This document shows positions 10,512-20,260 of a stretch of 64,000 bases of DNA, piece by piece; the first letter of the stretch is position 1, and every line of letters starts with the position of its first letter. Made by a program: the position numbers and the translations under genes. A model generated the notes under the pieces. The model was not told where the DNA came from, made no database searches, and worked only from the letters and a program-made list of their open reading frames with translations. The DNA is taken from contig CAZXND010000001.1 of NCBI GenBank assembly GCA_964641355.1, positions 87,858 to 151,857 of the forward strand. The letters run 5' to 3'. This stretch comes from an uncultured Gammaproteobacteria bacterium (GTDB taxonomy: Bacteria > Patescibacteriota > Microgenomatia > Levybacterales > GWA1-39-11).

Positions 10512-11337
10512 GCTCTAATTCACTATCTGTCCTTATTTCCTCTGCTTTAGTCTCAGAAGAACTAACATCAGCAGTATCATTAACAGCGTTATCCTCAACA
10601 AAAACTTCCTCTTTTTCGACAACTGGCTCGGTTGATCCAACGATCTCCTCATCAGCTTTTACTTCAGATTGTAAAAGATCTTCTTTCTTATAGAGAGGCG
10701 TGAACTTTTTATATTCTCCTATCTTCTCGATTCGAACGATCGAACCAATTGACCCGGGAATAAGACCTTTTACACTCACTATCTGATCGGTCACATCCAT
10801 AACAACTAAATTCCTAATTGTTATTTGGTCGTTTCCCATTTTACCAGCCATTTTCTTACCTTTATAAACTCTTCCAGGAGTTGTTGTTTGACCAATAGAT
10901 CCAGGGGCTCTTTCTCTATCCGATTGTCCATGAGTTCTTGGACCTCCACGAAAACCCCATCTTTTTACTACACCCGCATATCCTTTTCCTTTGGATACTC
11001 CAGTAACTTTAACCATATCTCCTGGTTTCAAAATTTCAGTTGTCTTAAGTTCTTTACCAAGAACATCCACTTCAATATCTTCTGCTTTTAATTCTCTGAA
11101 AAAACGGGGAAATTTCTCCACTCCCGCTTTTTTGACATGTCCAGAAAGTGCTTTATTAAGCTTCTTTTTAAAGTCAAAACCAACTTGAACAGCATTGTAT
11201 CCATCTTTATCAGATGACTTTACTTGAGTAACAATATTTTCTGCCACATGAAGAATAGACAAAGGGATTCTTGTTCCATCCTCCAAAAAACCTTGTGTCT
11301 GCTCTCTTTTTTTACCAATAATGCTATTTATCTGCAT
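10477..11337 (-). CDS. rplC: 50S ribosomal protein L3 with an acidic C-terminal extension of about 75 aa
   Basis: 286 aa; L3 core, then a D/E-rich tail (VEKEEVFVEDNAVNDTADVSSSETKAEEIRTDSELEHEIKEDENAQS). Confidence 0.85.
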   Translation of the reverse strand: MQINSIIGKKREQTQGFLEDGTRIPLSILHVAENIVTQVKSSDKDGYNAVQVGFDFKKKLNKALSGHVKKAGVEKFPRFFRELKAEDIEVDVLGKELKTTEILKPGDMVKVTGVSKGKGYAGVVKRWGFRGGPRTHGQSDRERAPGSIGQTTTPGRVYKGKKMAGKMGNDQITIRNLVVMDVTDQIVSVKGLIPGSIGSIVRIEKIGEYKKFTPLYKKEDLLQSEVKADEEIVGSTEPVVEKEEVFVEDNAVNDTADVSSSETKAEEIRTDSELEHEIKEDENAQS

Positions 11338-11350
11338 TTTACTACTCTTA

Positions 11351-11381
11351 AAACAACAAAAAAGCGGCTCGCAAGCCGCCT
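11351..11381 (-). terminator. Rho-independent terminator or attenuator hairpin between the NUDIX gene and rplC
   Basis: The minus strand reads GCGGCTTGCGAGCCGC (6-bp GC-rich stem, 4-nt loop) followed by TTTTTTGTTGTTTT. Confidence 0.6.
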
Positions 11382-11513
11382 GAGTAAGAACTGACTGTTC
11401 TATTCGAGCTCGCTAACTAGTCAAAAACACCTCCCTCTTTTTTGTCATAAGAGTATCGATAATTATATACAAGCGTGAAGCTAAATGCAAGAGTAAAGTA
11501 AGAATTTCAAGGG

Positions 11514-11975
11514 TCACTTAGAAAGGGTCCTAAGAGCTTTTTCTGCATAAAATTTAATACCAGGAGAAAGTCCAATTTTTTTTAACTCATCAATATTAAA
11601 CCACTTAATCTCACCACTTTTTTCCTTTCCTCCTTCTTTAATTTTAGGGTTTTTAACAGTTGCAAAATAGGTCATGGTCACATGCTCATGTGTACTGTTA
11701 ATATTATGTCTATTTAAAAAATATGGAGGAACCAATTCTTGGTAGTTAATGGTTTTAAAAGTTTCTGGAAAAAGAGCTCTATCAAGCTCTATATCAAGCC
11801 CAACTTCTTCTTTGGCTTCCCTAATTATTGCTTGATTTGGGTCTTCATGAGGTTCAACATGACCTCCAATTCCCAACCAAATTCCATACTTATCATGTTT
11901 TCTAAGTAATACCTTGTTTTTATGAACAATAAAGACTTCAACTGTAAAATCAATCAAATCATTAATATGAGGCAC
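11514..11975 (-). CDS. NUDIX hydrolase
   Basis: 153 aa; Nudix box GGHVEPHEDPNQAIIREAKEEVGL (Gx5Ex7REuxEExGu). Confidence 0.8.
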   Translation of the reverse strand: MPHINDLIDFTVEVFIVHKNKVLLRKHDKYGIWLGIGGHVEPHEDPNQAIIREAKEEVGLDIELDRALFPETFKTINYQELVPPYFLNRHNINSTHEHVTMTYFATVKNPKIKEGGKEKSGEIKWFNIDELKKIGLSPGIKFYAEKALRTLSK

Positions 11976-12012
11976 GTTGTTATTATATTATCAAAGAATA
12001 GAAGGGGAATAA

Positions 12013-12321
12013 CTACATCTTGATCTCAACATCAACACCTGCGGGAAGATCAAGATGAATTAAAGACTCAATTGTCTTCTCTGTAGGAGAAACTATATCG
12101 ATCAATCTTTTATGAGTTTTTATCTGGAAGTGTTCTCTTGAATCTTTATCAATAAAAGTAGATTTATTTACTGTAATTACTGTTCTTCTTGATGGTAGAG
12201 GAATAGGACCAAGTACTTTTGCACCAGTTCTTATTGCAGTATCTAATATCTGTTGACATGTCGAGTCAATTATTCTAGGATCATAACTTTTTAAGCGAAC
12301 CCTTATTCTTCCTTTAGGCAT
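12013..12321 (-). CDS. rpsJ: 30S ribosomal protein S10
   Basis: 102 aa, starting MPKGRIRVRLKSYD. Confidence 0.9.
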   Translation of the reverse strand: MPKGRIRVRLKSYDPRIIDSTCQQILDTAIRTGAKVLGPIPLPSRRTVITVNKSTFIDKDSREHFQIKTHKRLIDIVSPTEKTIESLIHLDLPAGVDVEIKM

Positions 12322-12357
12322 ATCAGATATTAGATTTAAAAGAGCGGTTTATCTTAA

Positions 12358-13539
12358 TTAAGCAGTTATTTTAGTTATAACTCCTGCTCCAACCGTTCGT
12401 CCACCTTCTCGGATGGCGAATCTCATTCCTTCTTCAACAGCTATGGGTACGATAAGTTTTACATTCATCTTGGTATTATCACCTGGCATTACCATTTCAA
12501 CACCTGCTTGCAGTGCAATCTCACCAGTTACATCAGTTGTACGAATATAGAATTGTGGTCTATAACCCGTGAAGAAAGGTGTGTGTCTTCCTCCTTCTTC
12601 TTTAGTCAAAACATAAACTTCTGCTTCAAATTCCTTATGAGGCGTAATACTTCCAGGCTTAGCAACAACTTGACCTCTCTCAACGTCTTCTTTTTCGATT
12701 CCACGAAGCAAAAGTCCTACATTGTCTCCTGCTTGCGCATCATCCAATTGCTTTCTAAACATTTCTACTCCAGTTACAACTGTGCTCTTTGTATCCTTAA
12801 TACCTACAATTTCAACAGTATCGTTTACTTTAACCTGACCTCTTTCAACTCTACCAGTTACAACAGTTCCTCTACCTTTAATAGAGAAAACATCTTCTAC
12901 GGGCATGAGGTATGGTTTATCAATATCTCTTTCTGGAGTTGGAATATATTCATCAACCTGATCCATAAGAGCCAAAATTTGTTTCTCTGCATCAGCATCA
13001 CCTTCAATTGCTTTAAGAGCTGATCCTCGAATTATTGGAGTAGTATCACCAGGATACTGATATTTATTTAGAAGTTCTCTTACTTCCATTTCAACAAGAT
13101 CGAGAAGTTCTGCATCTTGTACCATATCTGTTTTATTCATGAAAACTACAATTGCTGGGACTCCGACCTGCTTTGCAAGAAGAATATGTTCTCTTGTTTG
13201 AGGCATTGGACCATCTGGAGCTGAAACAACAAGGATTGCACCATCCATTTGAGCTGCACCTGTAATCATGTTCTTAATATAATCCGCATGACCTGGGGCA
13301 TCTATATGAGCATAATGTCTTTTTGGAGTTTCGTATTCAATATGAGTAATGTTAATAGTAACTCCACGAGCTTTTTCCTCAGGAGCATTATCAATATCCT
13401 CATATTTTCTTGCTTGAGCCATTCCTTGTTTGGAAAGGACTGTAGTGATAGCGGAAGTTAAGGTTGTCTTACCATGATCGACATGACCAATCGTTCCTAT
13501 ATTTAAATGTGGTTTGCTTCTAACAAATTTATCTGCCAT
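12358..13539 (-). CDS. tuf: Elongation factor Tu
   Basis: 393 aa with [15 protein letters not shown] and NKTD motifs. Confidence 0.95.
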   Translation of the reverse strand: MADKFVRSKPHLNIGTIGHVDHGKTTLTSAITTVLSKQGMAQARKYEDIDNAPEEKARGVTINITHIEYETPKRHYAHIDAPGHADYIKNMITGAAQMDGAILVVSAPDGPMPQTREHILLAKQVGVPAIVVFMNKTDMVQDAELLDLVEMEVRELLNKYQYPGDTTPIIRGSALKAIEGDADAEKQILALMDQVDEYIPTPERDIDKPYLMPVEDVFSIKGRGTVVTGRVERGQVKVNDTVEIVGIKDTKSTVVTGVEMFRKQLDDAQAGDNVGLLLRGIEKEDVERGQVVAKPGSITPHKEFEAEVYVLTKEEGGRHTPFFTGYRPQFYIRTTDVTGEIALQAGVEMVMPGDNTKMNVKLIVPIAVEEGMRFAIREGGRTVGAGVITKITA

Positions 13540-13578
13540 TTTAAAAAAATAAACCCCAATTGTTTGGGTCTAATGACT

Positions 13579-13607
13579 ACTATACAAAATTTTTTTCCTC
13601 TCGTCAA
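13579..13607 (-). promoter_or_regulatory. Sigma70-like promoter for tuf
   Basis: The minus strand reads TTGACG, then a 17-nt spacer, then TATAGT, about 33 nt upstream of the tuf ATG. The -35 element sits inside a small inverted repeat (CCTCT-TGACG-AGAGG). Confidence 0.55.
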
Positions 13608-13664
13608 GAGGCTAGAATTAATTACTCACAAAACCCTAAGCGTAGCTAGCTCAATTTAGAGTAA

Positions 13665-14708
13665 TTAAAAATATGAATTAGCCCAGAATGAAATCTTGTT
13701 TATACCTTTAGTGATCAGATAAGAATTCTTTGAATTTATAAAAGAAAAGTCCTCAATCCAAATTAAGTGCTTTTGATCGTTTTCAAAATATGTAATTTTA
13801 ATCGCATGAGATTTTTTTTCGTGTTCTATAGTACATCTGGAAAAAACACATTTATCTATAAAGTTTTTTTTAACATCTAAATAAGTGCGCGGCTTTCCTA
13901 TTTCCATAGATTCCCCTTTTTCATTAACCACCCAATCATAACCAAATAATCCGTAAATAATATTTAATTTCTCCTTGGGAACATCTCTTGAGAAATCATC
14001 AATCATTGTCTTGAAATCATATCCAAACAGTTCCAACCCCTCAAATGGGAAAGTAGGTCCCGGATCTCCACCAGCCTTAAATAAGTCATAAGACATTACA
14101 TAAACTTCATCTGCATATTTTGCCAAATCCCTTGGTTCAAATGGTCTAACTCTGTAATAATTATCTCCATAAATAGCAACCGCATAAGAAAAGTTATTTT
14201 CGTGAGCTTTTTTATAAAAAAATTGTGAAAAATTATTTATTCTATTGATTAAAGTATTAAAGGGAAGAGCTGAAATTTCTAAATCCAATAAAACACCGCT
14301 AAAACCATTCTCTCTTGCTATATTTAGGGTTTCATCTATTATATGAGCTTGAAGCTCTTTATTTTTAACGATCTCTAAATTATCTTTAGTATTCAAAAGT
14401 CTTAAAGTAAGAACTTTTTCTTTATTGGAAATTTTTTCACTAAAAAGAGCTATGTTTTTAAACCCTTGATCATTTCTATTTATTCCTTCCCTATTTGCTT
14501 CGATTCCAAAATATATGTATTTATCAAAAGAAGTATCTAAAACGTTTAAAGTCCAATAAGGAACAAATAAGGATCTTTTTATAACCAAAGAATGATTATT
14601 CTTTTTTTTAACTAGTGGAACAAATTTATCTGAGTTACTACTATTACTAATAGTAAAAAACAATAACCCAATCATAATAATCACTACTAGCAAAACAATT
14701 TTTTTCAT
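13665..14708 (-). CDS. Membrane-anchored GH18-like (chitinase-like TIM-barrel) glycoside hydrolase, tentative
   Basis: 347 aa with an N-terminal TM/signal. It has an FSGVLLDLE motif resembling the GH18 DGxDxDWE catalytic strand (Glu retained, second Asp replaced) and a VMSYD (MxYD) motif. Confidence 0.45.
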   Translation of the reverse strand: MKKIVLLVVIIMIGLLFFTISNSSNSDKFVPLVKKKNNHSLVIKRSLFVPYWTLNVLDTSFDKYIYFGIEANREGINRNDQGFKNIALFSEKISNKEKVLTLRLLNTKDNLEIVKNKELQAHIIDETLNIARENGFSGVLLDLEISALPFNTLINRINNFSQFFYKKAHENNFSYAVAIYGDNYYRVRPFEPRDLAKYADEVYVMSYDLFKAGGDPGPTFPFEGLELFGYDFKTMIDDFSRDVPKEKLNIIYGLFGYDWVVNEKGESMEIGKPRTYLDVKKNFIDKCVFSRCTIEHEKKSHAIKITYFENDQKHLIWIEDFSFINSKNSYLITKGINKISFWANSYF

Positions 14709-14803
14709 CTATAAATTATAACCCAAATTATTTTTATTTTTACTGGTTTTATAATAATTATATTTAATAAATAATTTGCATTTTTAAAAGAATCTGTTAA
14801 ACT

Positions 14804-15388
14804 ATGGGCGAAATGGAGGATGGATCACAAACCTCATATAGTTCTTTTTCTTCTCCGAATAGGAAGTCAGGTCGAAGTAAAAAAATCTTTATTTTATCAG
14901 CTCTTATTTTAGTTCTAGGTTTAATTGCTTTTGGAATATCCAGATCTATAGGAAATAAAGGGATTAGCTCTAACAAAACTCTTACTACCACTCCAACAAT
15001 GTCACCCACGACCACTCCTACTCCCACAGATATAATCGATACCACTCCAACACCTACTCTTAAAACGAAAACCACTCCAACACCTACTAAAATTTCGGGG
15101 AGTTCTGTTAAAAATCTTTCCATTCAGATATTAAATGGGTCTGGAGTTGTAGGGGCTGGAAAAAAGGCAGCTGATTTTCTTTCGGGACTTGGATATACAA
15201 TAACCTCAACAGGTAATGCTGACAACTTTGAATATAGTCAAACAACAATACAAATTAAGAGTGCAAAATCTAGTTTGCTTAATCAGCTCAAAAAAGATTT
15301 AACAGAGAATTACACTATTGGATCAACCTCTACAACTCTTTCCTCCTCTTCTTCAGCAGATGCTATTGTTATTATCGGAAAAGAATAA
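14804..15388 (+). CDS. Membrane-anchored LytR_C domain protein with a Thr/Pro-rich linker
   Basis: 194 aa: N-terminal TM, a TTPTPT-repeat linker, and a C-terminal LytR_cpsA_psr C-terminal-like domain (IQILNGSGVVGAGKKAADFLSGLGY...IQIKS). Confidence 0.6.
   Translation: MGEMEDGSQTSYSSFSSPNRKSGRSKKIFILSALILVLGLIAFGISRSIGNKGISSNKTLTTTPTMSPTTTPTPTDIIDTTPTPTLKTKTTPTPTKISGSSVKNLSIQILNGSGVVGAGKKAADFLSGLGYTITSTGNADNFEYSQTTIQIKSAKSSLLNQLKKDLTENYTIGSTSTTLSSSSSADAIVIIGKE
15011..15088 (+). repeat. Short tandem-like direct repeats encoding the Thr/Pro linker
   Basis: The 18-mer accactccaacacctact occurs at 15041..15058 and again at 15071..15088, with a related copy at 15011..15028. Confidence 0.7.
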
Positions 15389-16014
15389 TGAATAAAAGTA
15401 TAGTTGCACATTTCAAGAAAGTTGATCCAATCCTTGCAAGATTGGCAGAAAAAGTAGGACCACTTAATCTTCAACACAGAAGAACAAATAAAGCACTCGA
15501 CTCCGAAAATTTTTATTTTGCTTCCCTTACAAGTTCAATCATAGGACAACAATTATCAGGAAAAGTTGCAGATGTTATTTTTAAAAGATTTAAAGAATTA
15601 TTTCATAAAGAAAAAATAACCCCCGAATACGTATTAAAGCTGGATAAAGAAATAATTCGAAAAATAGGAATTTCTTATTCTAAGGTAAGTTACCTCAAAG
15701 ACCTTGCAAGTAAATTTAAAGAAGATGAAATAAAATACAGCAAATTAGATAAGCTATCAGATAAAGAAGTCACTGAAGAACTAATAAAAATCAAAGGAAT
15801 AGGTCCGTGGACCGCAGAAATGTTTTTAATGTTTACACTTGGACGAGAAGATATCTTTTCTCATGGAGATCTGGGGCTAAGAAGAGCAATCGAAAACATT
15901 TATCAAATTGAAAATCCGACTAGAGAACAGGTAGAGTCGATCTCTATAAAATGGTCTCCATATCGGTCTTACGCATCACTTGTACTTTGGAAAAGTCTGG
16001 ATATAAAATACTAA
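15388..16014 (+). CDS. alkA: HhH-GPD DNA glycosylase, AlkA-like (3-methyladenine DNA glycosylase II)
   Basis: 208 aa; HhH-GPD motif IKGIGPWTAEMFLMF...D. Its start overlaps the stop of the upstream gene. Confidence 0.65.
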   Translation: MNKSIVAHFKKVDPILARLAEKVGPLNLQHRRTNKALDSENFYFASLTSSIIGQQLSGKVADVIFKRFKELFHKEKITPEYVLKLDKEIIRKIGISYSKVSYLKDLASKFKEDEIKYSKLDKLSDKEVTEELIKIKGIGPWTAEMFLMFTLGREDIFSHGDLGLRRAIENIYQIENPTREQVESISIKWSPYRSYASLVLWKSLDIKY

Positions 16015-17027
16015 CTTTCACTTTTTTCAATATTAAATTGCTTCTGAAAATAGTTTGCTGCGACAATTCTAGAAACATATTCTTCAGTCATATCTCCCAA
16101 AACTCCATCTGAAATTTGTTTTTTTGCGTATGGAGATTCTACTAAATTTGCCAGATTTAGCTCGTTTTCAGAAATTACACTTGCTAGAGAGTCAAAATCC
16201 ACATTCCAATTTCCCACTTTTGCTCTAACAATATCTAGTAAATTTCCTGGACCTAAGTGATAATTCCAAAGACTCAAACCTACTTCAGGAATATAATCAT
16301 ACCAATCAGATAGATATTTTAAAGCAAACCTTATAGAGGTTTGGGGATCTCTCAAATCAAAGCTCTTCATATTTAATTTTTGCGCTAACTCCTTTGCAGT
16401 TTCCGGCATAACCTGTGTGAGTCCCGTCGCACCAGAAACTTCATTATAAGCGGCGGGGTTCCCTTCGCTTTCAACAAAAATTAAGCTTGGAATTAAATCG
16501 GGAATTCCAGAATTTAAAAATTCTTCACTCAACTGCATTTTAGCAATCTCCTCATTAACTAATTCTTTCCACTGCAATGATTTCTCAACAATCTCTTCCA
16601 AAGAGCGTCGATCTGGATATCTTTGATTTTCAAAATAACTAACGGCTTTATTTACCTTTCCATTTAAAACTTCTTTTTCTTTATTTTTATATTTCGGGAA
16701 AAGATCTTCAATTACTCCACTAATAGAGAGTTCGTTATTAGATATAAGCCCCTCACTATTTTTAAGAGAATTTTTATAAGCGTCTAAATTAGGCTGCTCA
16801 TCTTTTGGTTGTCTGTACGCCACGTCTGGAAGTTTTTGAGGATGTTCCAAAACTTGTTGAGACGAAGTACTTAGCTCATCAGAATTAAAACCAAGCCTCG
16901 CACCAACTGCAAATCCCAAAGCTCCTAAAAAACTATTCTTTATAAATTCACGCCTTTTAATTCTATTAATAGGCTTATTTTCTTTTCTCGTTTTACTTTT
17001 TAAATCAGGTTCTTTGGAATTTTCCAT
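16011..17027 (-). CDS. Lytic transglycosylase (SLT domain) with a twin-arginine signal peptide
   Basis: 338 aa; SLT catalytic motif ESEGNPAAYNEVSGATGLTQVMPETA; N-terminal KRREFIK followed by a hydrophobic stretch. Confidence 0.75.
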   Translation of the reverse strand: MENSKEPDLKSKTRKENKPINRIKRREFIKNSFLGALGFAVGARLGFNSDELSTSSQQVLEHPQKLPDVAYRQPKDEQPNLDAYKNSLKNSEGLISNNELSISGVIEDLFPKYKNKEKEVLNGKVNKAVSYFENQRYPDRRSLEEIVEKSLQWKELVNEEIAKMQLSEEFLNSGIPDLIPSLIFVESEGNPAAYNEVSGATGLTQVMPETAKELAQKLNMKSFDLRDPQTSIRFALKYLSDWYDYIPEVGLSLWNYHLGPGNLLDIVRAKVGNWNVDFDSLASVISENELNLANLVESPYAKKQISDGVLGDMTEEYVSRIVAANYFQKQFNIEKSES

Positions 17028-17036
17028 ATATAAATT

Positions 17037-17996
17037 TTAACCCTCAACAATTTCTACTTCTATCTCTGGCACAAATCCAAAAACATCACCTATTCTTCTT
17101 TTTATTTCATAGATTATAGAAGTGACATCATTAAAACTAGCTTCACCTAAATTAACAATAAAGTTAGGATGCTTATTACTAACCTGAGCATTTCCTACTT
17201 TGTATCCTTCAAGACCAAGTCTTTTTATCATATATCCAATACTCACTTTACCATACCAATTATTTTCAACTTTTTCCTTTACGTCAGGCCAAACTGAAAG
17301 CACTTTTTCAATATTTTCTTTTTCGTTTATATTTTTAAATACGGATCCAGTATTTGGATAATCTAAAGGATGATGTTCTCGTCTATAATTTATATTTGAA
17401 TAATAAGCTTCTTTTGCTTTCTCAACTCCTTTGGGGTTGGTTTTTGTAAGATTTAACGATACTGAAAGAATTATTAAATTCTTATTCTCTTTTATATAAC
17501 TATTTCTGTAAGAAAAATTTAGAGCATCGCTTCTTATTTTTTTAACTTCAAGTGTATTTATATCAATAACCTCAATCTCAAAGACCGAATCCTTAACTTC
17601 TCCTCCGAAAGCCCCAACATTTCCACGTACTGCTGCACCAACTGTTCCAGGCAATCCTCCTGCCCATTCTAACCCGATCAAATTATTGTCAAATGAAAAA
17701 TTTATTAAATCATCAAGAACTTCTCCTGCAAAAGCAGTGACAATGTTACCCTCAACTTTAAAAGAATACCCATTAGAAGAAGCTAGTTGAATTACTGCGC
17801 CTGGATAATCCTCGTCTGTAAAAATTAAATTAGTTCCAATTCCTACTACAAAAATTTTATTTATGTCCTGTTGTTTTAAGAATTTTAAAGCGTCTAAAAC
17901 TTCTTTCGCATCTTTAACCTTAATATAATAACTAACCTTACCACCGATTTCATACCAAAGAACTTGTGAGATAATATAATCCTTATTTATCAACAT
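17037..17996 (-). CDS. murB: UDP-N-acetylenolpyruvoylglucosamine reductase
   Basis: 319 aa; FAD-binding domain with GIGTNLIF and GGLPGTVGAAV motifs. Confidence 0.8.
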   Translation of the reverse strand: MLINKDYIISQVLWYEIGGKVSYYIKVKDAKEVLDALKFLKQQDINKIFVVGIGTNLIFTDEDYPGAVIQLASSNGYSFKVEGNIVTAFAGEVLDDLINFSFDNNLIGLEWAGGLPGTVGAAVRGNVGAFGGEVKDSVFEIEVIDINTLEVKKIRSDALNFSYRNSYIKENKNLIILSVSLNLTKTNPKGVEKAKEAYYSNINYRREHHPLDYPNTGSVFKNINEKENIEKVLSVWPDVKEKVENNWYGKVSIGYMIKRLGLEGYKVGNAQVSNKHPNFIVNLGEASFNDVTSIIYEIKRRIGDVFGFVPEIEVEIVEG

Positions 17997-17999
17997 AAA

Positions 18000-18122
18000 T
18001 CAAATGAAGACAAGAGTGAATGCAGTAACAAACCCTACAAAACTTATTACTGTCATTGGAAGTAGTATCAAAAAAATAAGACAACCAAGCTCACTGGTAA
18101 CATCATCGAATATTTCTTGCAT
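18000..18122 (-). CDS. Possible 40-aa hydrophobic small protein immediately upstream of murB
   Basis: Manual translation gives MQEIFDDVTSELGCLIFLILLPMTVISFVGFVTAFTLVFI, with its stop 3 nt before the murB ATG. No homology is known to me. Confidence 0.25.
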   Translation of the reverse strand: MQEIFDDVTSELGCLIFLILLPMTVISFVGFVTAFTLVFI

Positions 18123-18191
18123 AGCCTAAATATACGTCTGCAACATTCTCTAAGTCAAGTAAAAAACATGTAAAAGAAAAGAGGCTTAAGA

Positions 18192-18449
18192 TTAATAGGG
18201 TTTTGCAGGAAGAGGAATCCTAAACACTCTACCAATTATCAATTTTCTTTCCTGGTAAATCCTTTCGCACCTTACACCGTTCAATTTATCTTGAGCTTCT
18301 CTTAGAGCGTCTAAAGAAATTCCTGAAAGTTTTCCATTTTGAATATCTGATATTGAACTTCGAAGCATGCCTTCTGCATTATCTGCTCTTTTTAAATGTT
18401 CTGCTAAAACCTCTTCTCTAGATTGTGTTATAACTTCAACTAATTTCAT
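18192..18449 (-). CDS. Hypothetical 85-aa protein downstream of aclA
   Basis: ORF with a 24-nt gap to the aclA stop; no recognisable motif. Confidence 0.35.
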   Translation of the reverse strand: MKLVEVITQSREEVLAEHLKRADNAEGMLRSSISDIQNGKLSGISLDALREAQDKLNGVRCERIYQERKLIIGRVFRIPLPAKPY

Positions 18450-18473
18450 GAGCTTAATATAAAAATTTTCTTA

Positions 18474-20255
18474 TTACTTGTCAATAGTTGCATCAAAAAC
18501 CTGATCCTCATCAAGTCTAAAAATTCCTTCATCTAATCTTTTTTGATCTAAATAATGTGCTATAAAACCTACAGATCTAGACAATACAAATAGAGCATTA
18601 AAAAATTCAGCATCAATGAGTTTTTGTAATTCTTCAATGGTAAGGTTTTCTTTTTCACTCAAAATATCCAACAATACCGCTGCAATAACTCCATCAACAT
18701 TTAGGATTAGATTTCCCTTTTTCTCTGTGGTTACTTTTTCTACAGCAAGAGCAAAATCAGAAAATTTATTTTCTTTAAGATTTTCTTTGAATTTTAGGAT
18801 TTCAATAACTCTTGGATCAGGAGCATCAACTCTGTATTTTTTATGTCCAATTCCTGAAATATATTCTCTTTTAGAAGCGAACTCTTCAACAAAATCTGAT
18901 GGGTTTTTTTCATCAATTACTCCCTTAAACCAATTTTCTGCTGCTTGATTTATCGCTCCTCCAAACCGTGAACCAATCGTTAAAAGGCCAGAAGAAAGAG
19001 AGGATACAAGATCCTTTCCTGCTCTAGCAGTAATAATCGTATTTACCGCACCTGATACATAAGGACCGTGATCTACAGAAAGTTTTAATACTAAGTCAGT
19101 GAAATCTTCAAGTTCTTTTGATTTAGATTTTCTTCCCAAGAAGAGAGAAATAACTATATAAGAAAAAGAGTGTTCACCTGTAAACTTCACTAAATCTTCC
19201 CCAAGTATTTTTACATTTCCATCAACATCTTGAGATATACTTGTGGCAATTAGAGCATGACGTCTATCTTCCATCTCTCTTATTCTACTATAGTCCGACT
19301 CGGTTTTCACTTTTTCTTTTTCAATATTATTTATTAATTCTATAAATTCAGAAAAATTTTCTGCCACCATAACTCCTGCTTCGGAAAGAATTTTCTTTTT
19401 ACTTCTCGCTGATTCATCGACATCTTTTGCTATCGCCTTTGCATGACCAAATTGTGGGGGATTAGGAAAAACTTCTGCGACACTTCCTGCAATATAAGCG
19501 ATAACATTTTTGGTAATTTTTTTCTCGTAAATCAATTTTGCAATCTCGTATTCATCTACACCACCCAGTTCACCAAAATAGATAATGTGCTTTGTATTTC
19601 CATCTTTTTGAGCGGATAAAAATGCTTCAGTTGGAGTCAAAATGGGAAACCTTTCTCCTCCAAAAGAAAGTGCGAAAGAGAGCCTAAGACCAGAATTTGT
19701 TACCATTCTTATAATTTCATTTGTCATCCCTCCGGAAGAACTCATAACAGCTACATTTCCAGAGTCAAAAAGCGCTGAATCGATAAGTTGTCTTGGGTCA
19801 ACTCCTCCAATCGCACCAAGCTTTAAAATTTTAGGAATAATAAATCCAACACTAGCTGGACCTATTAAAAATTTATTATTATTTACAACTTTCGTATAAA
19901 GGTATAAAGAATGTTTTTCTGGCACCTCTTCAGCAAAAACTACCCCACCTAAGATGTTTTCAAAATCTAATAATTCATTCGAGTAATTAAGCGTTCTTCG
20001 TCCTGATGACAAATTGAGAAATAGGTTTGTATTTTCTGGAATTTCTTCAAACTCTGGAAAAACAGGGATCATAATTTCTTGCTTTCCAAAAAAATATCTT
20101 TCGTATTTTCTTCCAGAAGCAAATATTCCTACAATGCTAGGTTCTTTTTTACCAGCAAGAAAATCAAAATCAAGTATTGATTGGATTATAGAGGGATAAG
20201 ACCCAATTGTAACTATTTTAGCCTCGTATTTTCTTAATTTTTCAATATCTAACAT
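18474..20255 (-). CDS. aclA: ATP-citrate lyase large subunit (CoA-binding/SucD-like domain fused to a citryl-CoA lyase/citrate synthase-like domain)
   Basis: 593 aa; phosphohistidine motif QFGHAKAI. The C-terminal domain reads GIGHKKYRVDAPDPR...ALAVEKVTTEKKGNLILNVDG...FVLSRSVGFIAHYLDQKRL, almost identical to the corresponding ACLY segments. Confidence 0.85.
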   Translation of the reverse strand: MLDIEKLRKYEAKIVTIGSYPSIIQSILDFDFLAGKKEPSIVGIFASGRKYERYFFGKQEIMIPVFPEFEEIPENTNLFLNLSSGRRTLNYSNELLDFENILGGVVFAEEVPEKHSLYLYTKVVNNNKFLIGPASVGFIIPKILKLGAIGGVDPRQLIDSALFDSGNVAVMSSSGGMTNEIIRMVTNSGLRLSFALSFGGERFPILTPTEAFLSAQKDGNTKHIIYFGELGGVDEYEIAKLIYEKKITKNVIAYIAGSVAEVFPNPPQFGHAKAIAKDVDESARSKKKILSEAGVMVAENFSEFIELINNIEKEKVKTESDYSRIREMEDRRHALIATSISQDVDGNVKILGEDLVKFTGEHSFSYIVISLFLGRKSKSKELEDFTDLVLKLSVDHGPYVSGAVNTIITARAGKDLVSSLSSGLLTIGSRFGGAINQAAENWFKGVIDEKNPSDFVEEFASKREYISGIGHKKYRVDAPDPRVIEILKFKENLKENKFSDFALAVEKVTTEKKGNLILNVDGVIAAVLLDILSEKENLTIEELQKLIDAEFFNALFVLSRSVGFIAHYLDQKRLDEGIFRLDEDQVFDATIDK

Positions 20256-20260
20256 ATTTT

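Noticed and set aside
13594-13608. Inverted repeat CCTCT-TGACG-AGAGG as a terminator for the GH18-like gene
   Set aside because: No T-run follows the stem on the minus strand (it is followed by A7). It coincides with the tuf -35 element, so I interpret it as promoter-associated.
14797-15123. Minus-strand ORF (108 aa, GVGVVV repeats) opposite the LytR_C gene
   Set aside because: It is the antisense reading of the Thr/Pro-encoding repeat region. The plus-strand LytR_C protein has a coherent domain structure.
17997-18191. Possible tRNA or other small RNA in the 195-nt gap upstream of murB
   Set aside because: I found no T-loop (GTTCGA-like) or cloverleaf-compatible pairing. The region is better explained by a promoter-like TTGACT/TATATT pair and a 40-aa micro-ORF.
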